A stretch of 64,000 bases of DNA from Gekko japonicus (Eukaryota), in contig NW_015173675.1 in the NCBI RefSeq assembly GCF_001447785.1, positions 704,643 to 768,642 of the forward strand. The letters run 5' to 3'. The notes below the pieces were generated by a model, which was not told where the DNA came from, did not search any database, and worked only from the letters and a program-made list of their open reading frames with translations. Shown in pieces: positions 61,736-64,000 of this stretch (position 1 is its first letter; the number at the start of each line of letters is the position of its first letter). The position numbers and the translations under genes are program-made.

Positions 61736-61882
61736 GGAGTAAGCATAGTCCTCACAGTAGAGGGAAGAAAGCATCAGGGTCCCCCAAGGGCCTATTTTAG
61801 GACTAGTGTTGTTTATATTCTGTGGCAATTTCGTTACGTTACCTGGATTCGGGTGTGATAGCAACTGTGAATGACCCTGCAC

Positions 61883-62141
61883 AGAGGAGGAGGAAGAGGA
61901 GGAGGAGATTGGATTTATATCCTGCCCTTCACTCAGAGAGTCTCAGAGCGGCTTACAATCTCCTTCTTTTCCTCTCCCCACAACAGATACCCTGTGAGGT
62001 ATGTGGGGCTGAGAGAACTGCTGTGAAGTGCCTAGGGTGACCCAAGGTCACCCAAGCTGGCTGCATGTGGAGGAGTGGGGAATCAAACCCAGTTCTCCAG
62101 GTTAGAGTCCACCGCTCTTAGCCACTATACCAAACTGGCTC
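61883..62141 (-). mobile_element. Squam3-like SINE
   Basis: Same family as 51710-51985. Confidence 0.85.
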
Positions 62142-62154
62142 GGGGGGGGGGGGT

Positions 62155-63100
62155 TAAGACTGCAAAGAGCTTCAGAAGGATCTCTACAAACTGGGCAAAA
62201 CAGCATGGCATAAGACACTTGGCTGAAGTCTAAAGTGACAAAAGGGTTGTTTTTTTAACTAATGTCACATGGTAGGTAGTTCAATGAAAGTGTTTGGTCA
62301 GCACACAGCAGTGATGAAACACACAAATTTCTTTCTAGGAATTATTAAGAGGGGCATTGAAAATATTACTGGCAGTATTGTAATGCCTTAATATAACTAC
62401 AGTGCAGCTGCTTTTGGAACAATATTCATAATTCTGGTCTCCCACATACAACCATACTATAAGGCTGGAAAAGGTGCAGAGAGGATAACCAACATTTGTC
62501 AGTAGGCTGAAACACCTTCCTTACCATGAAAGGTTAAAGTCTAGGTGCGCACATGGTCAAGCGCACTAGCGAAGCTTCACGACCCAAAACAATAGACTCG
62601 TAGGATCCTAAAACAGACCAATAGGTTAGCCCAGATCCGCAAAGGAACCTAAGGTTATTGGTGGACTGTAAATAAACCTACCACGGGTGTGGGGGGTGTT
62701 TGTTGAGTGTGGCTTGGACCAACATCTAAGCAGACCCCCGGGTCCTGCTTCCTCGTCTCAGTTTTGCCTACTAATAAATTATGCGCTGAAATCACTCGAC
62801 TATGCATCTTGAACCCAGTACATTATAGAAGTTTATAAAATTATGCGTAGCGCAGAGAAAGTGGATTGGGTGGCTTTTTTTCCTTTTCTTTTCTCTCTCT
62901 CATAATGCAAGACTTCAGTAAGCCAATGGAATTGATAGGCACTACTTTCAGAACAGCCGAAAGAACATATAATGACCTTAAGGAACCCGTGGCACCAGGT
63001 GATGGCCTTTGGTTTAGAAGGGACTGAGGAGGCCAGACAAATTTATGGAGTCTAGGTCAATCACTGTTTGCCATAATGGCCATCTGTGATGTGTATGTTC
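62155..63100 (+). mobile_element. Old CR1 fragment interrupted by an LTR-like insert
   Basis: Patchy similarity to the CR1 at 38060-38590 (GGAAAAGGTGCAGAGA; GTTTATAAAATTATG). Confidence 0.7.
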
Positions 63101-63331
63101 AGAAGGCAACGTTGTTTTTAAGAGAATGTAAGAATGATTATTAGCTAAAAAGTTGGAAAAAATTCTCCAGGTTTAGAGCAATCTTTTTCACTCCCTAGAT
63201 ACTGAAAATATTAAGCCTATGGCTGTCGTATCTTCATGGACAGGGTATCTAAGTGGCCAGCATCTGAGGCGTCATGTTTGTCTAGATGACACATTGTCAG
63301 GCTGAACTGTACCAATTCTTACACCATAAGA

Positions 63332-63746
63332 CAAGGGTGTCAAATATGCAGCCCGGAGGCCGGAGGAGGCCCCTGGAGGGCTTCTATCAGGCCCACAGTA
63401 GAACTGTCTGTCTTCTGTTTCTTCTTCCAGTGCTGCTGCTGCTGCGTCATTGTAGGTCACAGCTTACAGATACACACCTGAACAGCATACTCAAGATTGC
63501 AACAGCACAGACATTTTGATGCAATAATTCAGAGCAAGAGGTGTCAGTTATCAGACACTGTTAAATTAACAAAATATTGCAAGAGTGCTAATGTTTTAAG
63601 CATGTGTTTATTTTAAGTAAAAAAAACCTCTTTGTGTTTATATCTCCGCTACTTGGCATTACATTTTTTGACACACATGGCCTGGCCCAACAAGATCTCA
63701 TTTATGTCAGATCCAGCCCTCATAACAAATGAGTTCAACACCCCTG
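63332..63746. mobile_element. hAT-type MITE
   Basis: Ends CAAGGGTGTCAAA / TTCAACACCCCTG; 8-bp flanks CCATAAGA and CCCTAAGG match at 6 of 8 positions. Confidence 0.7.
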
Positions 63747-64000
63747 CCCTAAGGCATTTTGATAAGAGCACCAAGTTCTATAGCTGCCATTACATACCTC
63801 CACTGCCAGCATGTTTGGATATGAAGTTAAACTTTAAAATGCTGAAAACACTGAATGCTTGAGAAAGTTCTCAGACTTTTTCATGCTATATATTTTGGAA
63901 TGAGTTAAATGCTTCTTAAGCCAAGGTTTTTCTGAAAAAGAGAATGTTTTGTAGGGTGGGGTTTTTTTTAAGCATTCCCCCAAATTTCCCATTTTTTCTG

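Overview
Vertebrate genomic DNA from a squamate reptile, probably a gecko judging by the repeat families. The window covers the conserved ZNF827 - C4orf51 - MMAA block. On the + strand are the last six coding exons of ZNF827 (8146-20124), including a terminal exon with five C2H2 fingers, followed by a ~3.9 kb 3'UTR. On the - strand is a complete MMAA coding sequence (six coding exons, 1257 nt, 418 aa, 46347-55157) with a CpG-rich promoter near 57.6-58.0 kb. Between them, on the - strand, is a C4orf51 ortholog that the ORF track misses: its first exon has an in-frame TAG at the position of a conserved Trp, although an RFX X-box remains upstream. The rest is a dense, often nested set of mobile elements: CR1, RTE/BovB-like and L2 LINEs, Squam3-like and other tRNA SINEs, Harbinger-, hAT- and Tc1/mariner-type MITEs, non-autonomous Helitrons (two with an unusual CTTG 3' end), an inverted Penelope-like pair with hammerhead-ribozyme remnants, and a 3'-truncated 7SK retrocopy inserted into a SINE with a 14-bp target-site duplication (TSD). 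I see no convincing wholly new biological system. The strongest leads are the probable C4orf51 inactivation, the 7SK retrocopy and the cargo-carrying Helitrons. Comparisons with human proteins and RNAs are from memory, not from a database search.
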